Assembly: GCA_025453605.1 (NCBI GenBank) | Contig: JALOPZ010000001.1 | Coordinates: 276,986-340,985 of the forward strand | Reading direction: 5' to 3' | DNA from: Candidatus Margulisiibacteriota bacterium | Lineage (GTDB): Bacteria; Margulisbacteria; WOR-1; O2-12-FULL-45-9; XYB2-FULL-48-7 | DNA length: 64,000 nt | Part shown: positions 1 through 8,830 of the stretch, piece by piece | Position numbering within the stretch: the stretch's first letter is position 1 | Layout: every line of letters begins with the position of its first letter | Program-made: the position numbers and the translations under genes | Notes under the pieces: model-generated | The model's input: only the letters and a program-made list of their open reading frames with translations | What the model was told of the DNA's origin: nothing | The model's database searches: none

Positions 1-582
1 GCCGCCAACAAGACCCTCTATCCTGATGCCCCGCTCAACGGCGTCTCCAAGCAATCCCTGCTCAAGCTGATCGGCGAACTGAAGCCGGCCGAAGAGAAAG
101 GGATGAAGTGCGGTGGTGAAGGGGTCATCAAGTGCTGGGAAGCCATTCCGGCCCGGCAGGAAGCGATCATCCCGATCCTCCCCTTTGCCAATGTCGCGGT
201 CGCGCCGGAGACCATCAAGCGGAACCCGAAAAAGGACGCGGAAAGCAAAGACATCACCTTGAACGGGACCCTGCTCGGGATCGTCGACAAGGAAGGGAAA
301 CTGATCAAAGAGTTCTCCATCGCGATCGATGACGCCAATATCACCGTCACGCCGGGGACCCCGGTCGTAGCGAAGAACGGCCTGGTCACCTCTCTGCCGG
401 TCAATCTGGCGATCAAGAAAGAGGCGGCGGAGGGCGATAAAAAGCTGACGATCAAGTACACCGACAAAGCGGGTGAAGTCATCCTGCAGGAACTGACCAT
501 GAAGATCAAAAACGTTGGTGGTGGCGGCGGCGGTGCGGGGAAAGCGGTCGAAGGGGACAAGACCCCGCGCACGGACATATAA
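1..582 (+). CDS. hypothetical protein, N-terminus lies upstream of window
   Basis: Frame 1 is open from nt 1 to TAA 580-582, so the ORF-track Met at 103 is internal. Gly-rich tract GGGGGGAG near the C-terminus. GGAGG at 583-587 couples it to the next CDS. Confidence 0.5.
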   Translation, partial: AANKTLYPDAPLNGVSKQSLLKLIGELKPAEEKGMKCGGEGVIKCWEAIPARQEAIIPILPFANVAVAPETIKRNPKKDAESKDITLNGTLLGIVDKEGKLIKEFSIAIDDANITVTPGTPVVAKNGLVTSLPVNLAIKKEAAEGDKKLTIKYTDKAGEVILQELTMKIKNVGGGGGGAGKAVEGDKTPRTDI

Positions 583-597
583 GGAGGAGTGAATAGC

Positions 598-2673
598 ATG
601 GCCACCACGGCAGCGACATCAGCGGTTTCTTCGGATCAGGCGGCAAAGTCCGTCTGGCTGCAGATCGAGGACCCCAAACGGCCAACTCTGATCCAGATCA
701 CCAAGGAGATCAAAAAAGTTTTCGAGGATAACGGCTGGTCCGGTGAAGCTGTCACCCTGCAGCAGGTCATCGATTATCTCGAAAAGAAGGGCCAGGAAGG
801 TAAAGCCGCCCGAAGCAAGATCGGCTCCCTCCAGCCGACTGCCGACAAGGCCGATGAAAAGTCGGAAGTCTACGGTTCGACCGAATATACCGTTATTAAG
901 GATAAGTGCGCTCTGCCGAACCCCAAAGTTACCGGCTATCCGGGCGCCCGGCCGACCCTGATCGAAGTGACCAAGGCCATTCTCGGCGCTTTTGAAGAAA
1001 AGGGTTGGGCGAAAACCAAGGAATACAAGAAACTGAAGGAGCTGGTCACTTTCCTGGAGGTCCAGGGCAAACCAGGCCGCAAGGTCCGGACCAGGCTCGC
1101 CACTATGCAGGAAAAAGTGACCAAGTCGGATGACAAGGGCAAGGTTTACGATGAGGCCGAAGCCAAAGTGATCTCTGAATACTGCGGCTACCGCCAGTTC
1201 ACCGCGCCGGTCATCAGCAAGATCGAACCGGCCGCCGCTAAACAGGGCGAGACGGTCACCATCACCCTCAGCGGCCAGAACCTGCCGGCCAACGCCAGCC
1301 TTGTTTTTGAACCGGCCGACGGGCTGACGCTGGAAAAAAGCGAACTAAAGGACGGCGCTCTGGTCCTGACGGTCAAAGTCGCTGACGGCGCCGCGCTCGG
1401 CGACCGCAAGATCACGCTCGCCAACAAGGACGACGAAAAGCATAAAGCGATCAAAGGGTACGACCAGCTGGTCGCGGTCGCGCCGCAACCGCTCAATATC
1501 GAGGAAGCCCCGGCCAGCAAAGCGGCCCTCTCCGTCGTCACCAGCAACGAACTGACCGACGCGCAAAAAGCGGCCCGGCTCGTCCACGAAGTTCTCAAGC
1601 TCAGAGTGAAAGGCGAAGCCGGTTACGAGAACCGGATCACCACCCCTCAGGGCCAGCAGCCGGCGGCCGATTCCCATAATCTCGGCCTGACCGTTTCTGC
1701 CGGTTATGCGGAAAGCCTTGACCCGGCCAAACGGTGGGTCAACCTCTACGGCCGGAAGAACGCGCTGGTCGAAAGCCAGGGGAAATACGAGCTCCAGGCC
1801 AATTTCCTCGCCCAGTACCGCGGTTTCTACCACACCGACGCCCGCGACACCAATATCGGTGGGTTTGCTCTCAATTTCAACAACCGGCTCCACCTGGCCG
1901 GCGAAGATATGTTCAATGTCGACGGCTATGCCGGCTACCGCTTTAACGCCAGCCGCTATGCCGTCCCGACCCGCTTTTTCTACAACGGCCGGGAGCATGA
2001 GCTGACCGGCGGTCTGGCGCTGAACTCTTCGTTCGGGACCAGCGCCGTGCTCGCCCGCGCTTACACCGAGGTCCGGAACAGCTGGTTTAACTTCGACGCC
2101 ATGACCTCGCAATTCGGTCAGGCTTTCGACGGGACCAGCTACCAGCTCCGGGTCGGCGGCGAATTGGCGACCAAGCTTTCGGATCGGGACCGCGTGGTCG
2201 TGAACGGCTACGGGACCCCGGCCGGTCGGATCGCCTATCAGGAAAATATGGTGCCCGGCAGCGATACCGGCTACCAGAAACTGCGCGGTTACGGCCTTGG
2301 CGGCAGCCTCCAGAGCGACCGGCTCGGCGGCTTACCGGCATACGCCGCGCTGACCCGCTCCGTCCTCAGCCGTGAGGATTTTGCCGATCAGACCAGCACC
2401 GTCCTCGGTGTCGGTGTCGACCTGGACAAAGTAGGCGGCGGCCGGCTTGACCTGTCGGTCGGCTGGGCCGGCAACGTCTCCCAGATGTACGGCGGCCAGG
2501 CTCAGAACAACGGGCTGAAGTTCACTCTGGACAAGGATTGGTTCAAGGGGGCGGACGCCTTCGCGGTCACCGGCCGGCTTGACAGCCTCAACGGCCAGCG
2601 CTACGGCGGCGGTTACGTCGAGATCGATCTGACCAGGATCATCTGGCCGACGACCAATATCCCGACCAAGTAA
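598..2673 (+). CDS. hypothetical cell-envelope protein: tandem ~90-aa N-terminal duplication, IPT/TIG-like Ig domain, beta-rich C-terminal half
   Basis: ATG 598 lies about 10 nt after GGAGG. Repeats RPTLIQITKEI... and RPTLIEVTKAI... span nt 679-945 and 949-1190. PVISKIEPAAAKQGETVTITLSGQNL looks IPT/TIG-like. The C-terminal ~400 aa is rich in Gly/aromatic strand-like segments. Confidence 0.6.
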   Translation: MATTAATSAVSSDQAAKSVWLQIEDPKRPTLIQITKEIKKVFEDNGWSGEAVTLQQVIDYLEKKGQEGKAARSKIGSLQPTADKADEKSEVYGSTEYTVIKDKCALPNPKVTGYPGARPTLIEVTKAILGAFEEKGWAKTKEYKKLKELVTFLEVQGKPGRKVRTRLATMQEKVTKSDDKGKVYDEAEAKVISEYCGYRQFTAPVISKIEPAAAKQGETVTITLSGQNLPANASLVFEPADGLTLEKSELKDGALVLTVKVADGAALGDRKITLANKDDEKHKAIKGYDQLVAVAPQPLNIEEAPASKAALSVVTSNELTDAQKAARLVHEVLKLRVKGEAGYENRITTPQGQQPAADSHNLGLTVSAGYAESLDPAKRWVNLYGRKNALVESQGKYELQANFLAQYRGFYHTDARDTNIGGFALNFNNRLHLAGEDMFNVDGYAGYRFNASRYAVPTRFFYNGREHELTGGLALNSSFGTSAVLARAYTEVRNSWFNFDAMTSQFGQAFDGTSYQLRVGGELATKLSDRDRVVVNGYGTPAGRIAYQENMVPGSDTGYQKLRGYGLGGSLQSDRLGGLPAYAALTRSVLSREDFADQTSTVLGVGVDLDKVGGGRLDLSVGWAGNVSQMYGGQAQNNGLKFTLDKDWFKGADAFAVTGRLDSLNGQRYGGGYVEIDLTRIIWPTTNIPTK

Positions 2674-2693
2674 GCACTCTACAATTTAGACAT

Positions 2694-2741
2694 TGAAGGC
2701 CTCGGGTAAATCCGCCTACGGCGGACAAGCTCTGAGGCCTT
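2694..2741 (+). terminator. nested hairpin (GAAGGCCTC...GAGGCCTTC with inner CCGCC-TAC-GGCGG) after the 692-aa gene; possible terminator
   Basis: The 9-bp outer stem and 5-bp inner stem were read directly. No clean U-tract follows, so the terminator role is uncertain. Confidence 0.35.
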
Positions 2742-2746
2742 CGTGT

Positions 2747-2752
2747 TATAAT
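2747..2752 (+). promoter_or_regulatory. extended -10 (TGtTATAAT) 9 nt upstream of the proA ATG; near-leaderless
   Basis: cgTGtTATAATaatagccttATG. No Shine-Dalgarno between the -10 and the ATG. Confidence 0.4.
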
Positions 2753-2761
2753 AATAGCCTT

Positions 2762-4015
2762 ATGACCACCTCGGAAGTGACCCAAAAAGGCCTCGCCGCC
2801 AGAGCGGCGGCGCAACAGCTGGCTCTGGCCTCAACCCAGACCAAGAACGACGCCCTGGCTCGGATCGCCGCTGCCCTGGACAAGAACGCCAAAACGATCA
2901 TTCAGGCTAATTCACTCGATCTGGAAGCAGGCGACAAAAAAGGCCTCTCCAAAGCCCTGCTCGACCGGCTCGCCCTCGACGGGGAGCGGATCGCCGGAAT
3001 GATCGCGGGGCTCAACGCCGTCAAAGGGCTCCCCGATCCGATCGGCGAGGTCAGCGGCGAGCGGCAACGGCCCAACGGGCTTAAGATCCGGAAGGTCCGC
3101 GTCCCGCTCGGCGTCATCGGTATTATTTATGAAGCGCGGCCCAACGTCACGGTCGATTCCGCCGCCCTTTGCCTCAAGGCGGGGAATGCCGTGATCCTGC
3201 GCGGCGGCAGCGACGCCATTAAGTCGAACCTGGAGCTGGTCAGGGCGATCGCCGGCGCGGTAGAGGCGGCCGGCTTGCCGGCCGGGAGCGTCCAGCTGAT
3301 CGAAGATACCCGGCGCGAAACGGCCGAAGAGCTGATGGGGGCCCGCGAATATATCGACGTCCTGATCCCCCGCGGCGGCAACAGCCTGATCCAGTCGGTC
3401 GTCCGGAACGCGAAAGTCCCGGTCATTGAGACCGGTGAAGGGAATTGCCACGCTTACGTGGAGAAGACAGCCGACCTGAAAAAGGCGGTGGAGATAGTCT
3501 ATAACGCCAAGGTCTCCCGCCCCTCCGTCTGCAACGCGATCGAGACCCTGCTGGTCGACAACGCCATCGCCGCCGAATTTCTCCCGCTGGTCAAGCAGCG
3601 GCTCGACGAGGCAAAAGTCGAACTACGCGGTGACGCGAGATCACAACAGATCTTAGCCGGCATCAAAACCGCCTCGGAAGACGATTGGCGGACCGAATTT
3701 CTCGCCCTGATCCTGGCGGTCAAGGTCGTCGCCGGCGTTGACGAAGCGATCGCCCACATCAATAAATACGGGACCAAGCATTCGGAAACCATTATTACAA
3801 AAGACAAGAAAGCCGCCGCTAAATTCCAGGCCGAGGTCGACGCGGCGGCGGTCTACGTCAACGCCTCGACCCGCTTTACCGACGGGTTTGAGTTTGGCCT
3901 CGGCGCCGAGATCGGCATCTCGACCCAAAAGCTCCACGCCAGAGGACCGATGGGGCTAGCCGAGCTGACCTCGTATAAGTATCTGGTCGACGGCAACGGA
4001 CAGATCCGGATATGA
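2762..4015 (+). CDS. proA: gamma-glutamyl phosphate reductase
   Basis: Full-length ProA-like translation (aldehyde dehydrogenase fold, ...NASTRFTDGFEFGLGAEIGISTQKLHARGPMG...). The Met at 2762 gives a typical N-terminus. The TTG at 2693 lies inside the upstream hairpin. Confidence 0.9.
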   Translation: MTTSEVTQKGLAARAAAQQLALASTQTKNDALARIAAALDKNAKTIIQANSLDLEAGDKKGLSKALLDRLALDGERIAGMIAGLNAVKGLPDPIGEVSGERQRPNGLKIRKVRVPLGVIGIIYEARPNVTVDSAALCLKAGNAVILRGGSDAIKSNLELVRAIAGAVEAAGLPAGSVQLIEDTRRETAEELMGAREYIDVLIPRGGNSLIQSVVRNAKVPVIETGEGNCHAYVEKTADLKKAVEIVYNAKVSRPSVCNAIETLLVDNAIAAEFLPLVKQRLDEAKVELRGDARSQQILAGIKTASEDDWRTEFLALILAVKVVAGVDEAIAHINKYGTKHSETIITKDKKAAAKFQAEVDAAAVYVNASTRFTDGFEFGLGAEIGISTQKLHARGPMGLAELTSYKYLVDGNGQIRI

Positions 4016-4617
4016 AGCGGATCGGCATTATGGGCGGGACGTTCAACCCGGTCCATAAGGGGCACCTGGCGCTCGCCAGGGCGGCCCAGGAGCACTTTGC
4101 GCTGGACGAGATCGTCTTTATCCCCTCCGGGACCCCGCCCCATAAAGCGGCCGGCAAGGTCCTGAACAAGGAAGAGCGCTACGCCATGGTCAAGCTGGCG
4201 ATCAAGGGAAAAAAGAACTGGTCGGCCTCCCGCCTCGAGCTCGACCGCCCCGGCTATTCCTACGCGATCGACACCTTTGCGACGCTGAAAAAGTTGTACG
4301 GCCGGCGGGCCAAGCTTTTTTACATCATGGGGCTCGATTCGATCACCGAGCTCCTCGACTGGAAAAAACCGCTCGAGCTCTTTAAGCTCTGCGAGTTCAT
4401 CGTCGGCACCCGGCCGGGGACCCGCCTGCGGACCTTCCGGCGCCTCGTCAAGTTCCCCCCCCTGCAGAAAGAGGTCGATAAGATCCACCTGATGGAGCTC
4501 AAAGAAGACGTCTCCGCCTCGGAGATCAGGGCTAAACTAAAAGCCGGCAAACCGGTCGGCCGGCTGCTCCCCGCGGCGATCGCCGCCTATATCAAAGTAA
4601 AAGGACTTTACCGATGA
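4012..4617 (+). CDS. nadD: nicotinate-nucleotide adenylyltransferase
   Basis: N-terminal GGTFNPVHKGH (HxGH nucleotidyltransferase motif). 4-nt start/stop overlap with proA. Confidence 0.9.
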   Translation: MKRIGIMGGTFNPVHKGHLALARAAQEHFALDEIVFIPSGTPPHKAAGKVLNKEERYAMVKLAIKGKKNWSASRLELDRPGYSYAIDTFATLKKLYGRRAKLFYIMGLDSITELLDWKKPLELFKLCEFIVGTRPGTRLRTFRRLVKFPPLQKEVDKIHLMELKEDVSASEIRAKLKAGKPVGRLLPAAIAAYIKVKGLYR

Positions 4618-5876
4618 TCTCCCTGCCGAACGCCAAAAAGCATATTCTCCCTAACGGGATCCGGATCGTCACGGAGGAAATTCCGACGATGCGCTCGATC
4701 GCCATGGGGCTCCTCTTTGGGGTCGGTTCGGGGAACGAGCTCCCCCAGGAAGCCGGTATCTCCCACTTTATCGAACACCTGATGTTCAAGGGGACCAAAA
4801 AGCGCTCCGCCTTCGATATCGCCCACGCGCTTGACGCCGTCGGCGGCAAAATGAACGCCTACACCAGCAAAGAGGTGACGATGTACTACGCCGTCGTCCT
4901 TGACCGCCACCTCGACGTCCAGATCGACGTCCTTTGCGACATGCTCCTCAACTCGGTCTTTGATCCCAAGGAAATGGAAACAGAAAAAGGGGTCATTCTG
5001 GAAGAGATCAAGATGTACGAGGATACGCCCGACGAGCTGATCCACGACTACTTCGCCGAAAAGATCCTCCACGGCCACCCGCTCGGCGCGCCGACCATCG
5101 GCCACGCCGACGCGATCCGGGCGACCAAACGGGACGACATCGTCAGCTACGTCAAACGGTTCTACTCGCCCCACAATATGATCGTCTCGCTCGCCGGCGC
5201 GATCCCGCCCGACGTTATCGAGCAGTTAAAACCGTACCTGGAGGGCTTTACCGGCCACCCGGTCCCCCATTTTCATCAGGACCCGGTGATCGAGGGGGCG
5301 CTCTTCCTTAAACATAAGAAGACCGAGCAGACTCACCTCTGCCTCGGCACCCGGGGGCCGTCCCAGCTCGACAATGACCGCTTTCCGTTCGCCGTCCTGG
5401 AGAACATCCTCGGCGGGAGCATGAGCTCGCGCCTCTTTCAGGAGGTCCGGGAAAAACGGGGGCTCGCCTACTCGATCTACGCCACCACCTCCCCCTTCCG
5501 CGATTTCGGGCTGGCGTACGCCTATGCCGGCACCAGCAAAGAGAACCTCGCCCAGGTCGTCGATTTGATCCTCCAGCAGTTCCGGGCGGTCAAGAAAGAG
5601 GGGATTACCAAAGCCGAGATGGAGAAAGGGAAAGAGTTCCTCAAGGGGACGACCGTTCTCGGCCTCGAATCGTCCTCTTCCCGGATGGGTTATATTGCCA
5701 AGTCCGAGCTCTACTACGGCCGGACGATCTCGATCGACGAGGCCTTTGCCGAGATCGATAAAGTGACCAATGATGATATAATTAGGTTAGCGAACCAGTA
5801 CTTCCAGGATCAAGCGCTGACCCTCGCCGTGATCGGCGACCTGGAAGAGCTGCCGGTTAAGGAGCTGCGATGTTAA
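4614..5876 (+). CDS. M16-family (insulinase/pitrilysin-like) zinc peptidase
   Basis: Inverted zinc motif HFIEH (HxxEH) near the N-terminus. Length of 420 aa is typical. Overlaps the nadD stop. Confidence 0.85.
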   Translation: MISLPNAKKHILPNGIRIVTEEIPTMRSIAMGLLFGVGSGNELPQEAGISHFIEHLMFKGTKKRSAFDIAHALDAVGGKMNAYTSKEVTMYYAVVLDRHLDVQIDVLCDMLLNSVFDPKEMETEKGVILEEIKMYEDTPDELIHDYFAEKILHGHPLGAPTIGHADAIRATKRDDIVSYVKRFYSPHNMIVSLAGAIPPDVIEQLKPYLEGFTGHPVPHFHQDPVIEGALFLKHKKTEQTHLCLGTRGPSQLDNDRFPFAVLENILGGSMSSRLFQEVREKRGLAYSIYATTSPFRDFGLAYAYAGTSKENLAQVVDLILQQFRAVKKEGITKAEMEKGKEFLKGTTVLGLESSSSRMGYIAKSELYYGRTISIDEAFAEIDKVTNDDIIRLANQYFQDQALTLAVIGDLEELPVKELRC

Positions 5877-6328
5877 AGGTTCAAGTCAAAGTCTTGCCCC
5901 ACGGTCAGGGATTGCCTCTACCCCAATACATGAGCGAGCACGCGGCCGGGATGGACCTCTACGCCGGGGTAGAAAAAGAGCTGGTCATCGCCCCCGGGGA
6001 GTGGAAACTCGTCCCGACGGGGCTCGCCATGGCCATTCCTGAGGGCTACGAGGCCCAGGTCCGGCCAAGGTCGGGATTAGCCCTTAAACAGGGGATTTCC
6101 GTCCTTAATACACCGGGGACGGTCGACGCCGATTATCGGGGCGAGGTCGGCGTTATTCTGATGAACCACAGTAAGACCGACCTGGTCATCAAACGGGGCG
6201 ACCGGATCGCCCAGATGATCATTAATAAGATCGAGCGGATCGCCTTCGAAGAGGTCGCGGAATTACCGTCGACCGATCGCGGAGCCGGCGGATTCGGCTC
6301 AACGGGAGTGAAACATGGGAAAAATTAA
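5870..6328 (+). CDS. dut: dUTP diphosphatase
   Basis: dUTPase motifs AAGMDLYA, RPRSGLALK, GTVDADYRGEV and GGFGSTG. Confidence 0.9.
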   Translation: MLKVQVKVLPHGQGLPLPQYMSEHAAGMDLYAGVEKELVIAPGEWKLVPTGLAMAIPEGYEAQVRPRSGLALKQGISVLNTPGTVDADYRGEVGVILMNHSKTDLVIKRGDRIAQMIINKIERIAFEEVAELPSTDRGAGGFGSTGVKHGKN

Positions 6329-6977
6329 AGTGATCGTTAACGGGGCCAAAGGGAAAATGGGTCAGGAGACCGTTAAAGCGGTCCTCGCCGAACAGGAGCT
6401 CGAGCTCGTTGCCCAGACCGACGTCGGGGACGACCTGGCCAAGTCGATCAAAGAAAAACAGGCCGAAGTCGTCATCGACTTCACCCAGCCGAAGTCGGCC
6501 ATGGCGAACATCCGGACCATCCTCGAGGCCGGCGCCCACGCGGTGATCGGCACGACCGGGCTGACCGACGAGAACCTCCACGAAGCCAAAATGCTCTGCG
6601 ACAAGTTCAAGGTCAACTGCCTGGTGGCGCCCAACTTCGCCATCGGCGCCGTCCTAATGATGCGCTTCGCCAAAGAAGCGATCAGGTACATGCCGAGCGC
6701 GGAGATCGTGGAGTACCACGCCGACACCAAAAAAGACAAACCGTCGGGCACGGCCATCAAGACCGGCCATCTGATGGGGAAAGAGGTCCCGATCCACTCG
6801 GTCCGCCTGCCGGGCCTCGTCGCCCATCAGGAAGTGATCTTCGGCGGCCTGGGGCAGACCTTGACCATCCGCCACGACTCGCTGAGCCGTGAATCGTTCA
6901 TGCCGGGCGTGATCATGGCGGTCAAGCAGATCAAGGGGTTAAAGGGCCTGATCTATGGCCTCGAACACCTACTATAA
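6315..6977 (+). CDS. dapB: 4-hydroxy-tetrahydrodipicolinate reductase (short form)
   Basis: GAKGKMG Rossmann N-terminus, EIVEYHADTKKDKPSGTA and HSVRLPGLVAHQEVIFG motifs. Confidence 0.85.
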   Translation: MGKIKVIVNGAKGKMGQETVKAVLAEQELELVAQTDVGDDLAKSIKEKQAEVVIDFTQPKSAMANIRTILEAGAHAVIGTTGLTDENLHEAKMLCDKFKVNCLVAPNFAIGAVLMMRFAKEAIRYMPSAEIVEYHADTKKDKPSGTAIKTGHLMGKEVPIHSVRLPGLVAHQEVIFGGLGQTLTIRHDSLSRESFMPGVIMAVKQIKGLKGLIYGLEHLL

Positions 6978-7440
6978 AGTCGTCGCCGAGAACCGCCAGG
7001 CGCGCTTCGACTACCAGCTACTCGAGGTTTACAAGGCCGGCCTGATCCTGCAGGGGAACGAGGTCAAGTCGCTCCGCCTCGGTAACGTCACCATGCGCGA
7101 CAGTTTTGCCCGGGCGGATAAAGGGGAGATCTGGCTTTATAACCTTCACCTCTCCCCCTACTCCCAAGCCGACCAAAATAAGATCGATCCCCTCCGCAAA
7201 CGACAGCTGCTGCTCAATAAAAAAGAGTTAGTGAAATTGTCGTCAAAAGCGGCCGAAAAAGGATTGACACTCGTACCTCTTAAGGTATACTTTGATGGGA
7301 ATTGGGCCAAGATCGACATCGCGCTGGCCAAGCCCAAAAAGAAGTACGAGAAACGTGACACCATTAGACGTCGAGAAGCTCAAAGAGAGATTGCGAGCGC
7401 TGTTAAAGGAAAGGTCAAACATGGAAGCGGTCGGCACTAA
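6955..7440 (+). CDS. smpB: SsrA-binding protein
   Basis: NRQARFDYQLLEVYKAGLILQGNEVKSLR is a typical SmpB core. It lies 0.6 kb upstream of the tmRNA gene. Confidence 0.9.
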   Translation: MASNTYYKVVAENRQARFDYQLLEVYKAGLILQGNEVKSLRLGNVTMRDSFARADKGEIWLYNLHLSPYSQADQNKIDPLRKRQLLLNKKELVKLSSKAAEKGLTLVPLKVYFDGNWAKIDIALAKPKKKYEKRDTIRRREAQREIASAVKGKVKHGSGRH

Positions 7441-7606
7441 CAAAAAATACACGGTCAAAGACCTCTACGCCGAGGCCGCCCGGCTGGTGCGGGCGGAGAT
7501 GACCGGTCTTAAGAGCAAAGCGGCCACCCCGGCCGAAGAGGCCAAGATCAGCGCGCTGGCCAAAACGATCTCGCAGACCGTCCTTAAGGAGATGCGCCTC
7601 GTATGA
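7421..7606 (+). CDS. small hypothetical protein (61 aa)
   Basis: ATG 7421 overlaps the smpB end. The longer ORF-track version (7292) would sit inside smpB. No recognisable domain. Confidence 0.35.
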   Translation: MEAVGTNKKYTVKDLYAEAARLVRAEMTGLKSKAATPAEEAKISALAKTISQTVLKEMRLV

Positions 7607-8067
7607 GCATCAAGGGCCCGGCTGAGCGGCCGTTCACGCCGCCGATCACCCCCAAGGAGATCAAACCGGAAAAAGCCCCGGAAGAAAAGCTGGTCCAGCA
7701 GCCGACCGTCAAAGCGCCGACCCAGCCCGGGATCGGCCGCGGTCCCGAGCTCGACTCCCACGCTCTCGCCACCCGGCTGGCCATCCTGGCGACGGAAGCG
7801 AAAGAAAAAGAGCTGAAGTTCGAAGATATCATCGACCGGGTCATTTCCGAAACGGGGATGACCAACCCGCAGGGAGCGCTGGAAGAGGCCAATCGCAAGC
7901 TGCAAAAAGAGATCGAGAACGAGATCATCAAGATCAAAGAGAACAAAGAATTGATGGACGAGGCGGAGTCCTGGCAGGAATTCGCCGAAGTCCTCTCCCG
8001 CATGAATCCGGAACAGGTCGAAGGTTTCCTCGGGTTATTAAAAGACACCATCCGCGTGGGGCTGTAA
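7603..8067 (+). CDS. hypothetical protein (154 aa, Pro/Glu/Lys-rich)
   Basis: ATGA overlap with the preceding ORF. Its last 10 nt overlap the tmRNA 5' end. Confidence 0.5.
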   Translation: MSIKGPAERPFTPPITPKEIKPEKAPEEKLVQQPTVKAPTQPGIGRGPELDSHALATRLAILATEAKEKELKFEDIIDRVISETGMTNPQGALEEANRKLQKEIENEIIKIKENKELMDEAESWQEFAEVLSRMNPEQVEGFLGLLKDTIRVGL

Positions 8068-8467
8068 GGGTTTTGACGGGGAGTGTGGATGCGCGAGTTG
8101 CGAGCCGAGGGTGCGACAAGCCTCGTTAAACACGGTCGCCAACGTCCTAAATGCAGACGTAAAAGAAGCACTTGCTGGCGTTCAGTGGGCCTGGACTAAT
8201 ACTTCAGTGTTCGCGGGCGCCGCAGTCGCAGCTTAACCTAGTTAAGTTGCCCGTCTCCCAGGTTCTCCGGTAAGCTTGGGTAAGACGATATATTCCGGAT
8301 CGCTCTCCGGTCTCTCCGGCCGGCCGGGGGGCTAAAAAATAGAACGGATAGCTTAGGGAACTCCTCGTTTCGGGTCAAACCTTAAGCGAACCAAATAATT
8401 GAAACTACGCTCGTAGTGGCTCTCGTTTCCATCTTTTCGGACAGGGGTTCGACTCCCCTCAGCTCCA
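8058..8467 (+). ncRNA. ssrA: transfer-messenger RNA (one-piece tmRNA)
   Basis: The 5' end GGGGCTGTAAGGGTTTTGACGGGG... pairs with the 3' end ...GGACAGGGGTTCGACTCCCCTCAGCTCCA (T-arm plus acceptor; CCA not encoded). The PK1 region GCCGAGGGTGCGACAAGCCTCGTTAAACA aligns with E. coli. The resume context CGGTC|GCC AAC matches E. coli UAGUC|GCA AAC. Confidence 0.85.
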
Positions 8468-8476
8468 TATTTTCTT

Positions 8477-8830
8477 ATGCACGGCAAAATAGCGCGCGAC
8501 CATTATATCGGGAAAGGCGGCAAGGGGCGGCTGAACTGCGCCCAAGCGGTCATTGCCGCCTTTGCGGAGCGGTTTGGCTTAAGCGACGCCGAGGTCGTAA
8601 AGTACATGGGGCACGGCGGCGGCAACGCGCCCGGCGGCCTCTGCGGCGCCTACGCCGCGGCCAAAGACCTCATCCTCAAGCACTACCCGGATAAGGTCGC
8701 AGCGTTCGAACAATTTTTCCTCGATCAAGCCGGTTCGCTCAGCTGCGCGGAGATCAGGGGGAAAAGACAACTCTCCTGCCTCGGTTGCGTGGAAAAAGCG
8801 GCGGACTTCGTCAGCGGCTTAGAGCGGTAA
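8477..8830 (+). CDS. C_GCAxxG_C_C family protein (putative redox-active)
   Basis: LNCAQAV..., GGLCGAYAAA (GCAxxG-type), LSCAEI and LSCLGCV cysteine motifs in the family order. Starts 10 nt after the tmRNA 3' end. Confidence 0.7.
   Translation: MHGKIARDHYIGKGGKGRLNCAQAVIAAFAERFGLSDAEVVKYMGHGGGNAPGGLCGAYAAAKDLILKHYPDKVAAFEQFFLDQAGSLSCAEIRGKRQLSCLGCVEKAADFVSGLER

Noticed and set aside
2693-2761. TTG 2693 as the proA start
   Set aside because: It would translate the hairpin region. ProA homology begins at the Met encoded at 2762, which sits just downstream of an extended -10.
7292-7420. Long version (104 aa) of the ORF overlapping smpB
   Set aside because: Its first 43 codons lie inside smpB in another frame. 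It was trimmed to ATG 7421, and even that remains a low-confidence call.
8416-8694. 92-aa ORF spanning the tmRNA 3' end
   Set aside because: It overlaps the tmRNA T-arm and acceptor, and the better-supported C_GCAxxG_C_C gene lies in another frame. Its translation is Arg-rich.
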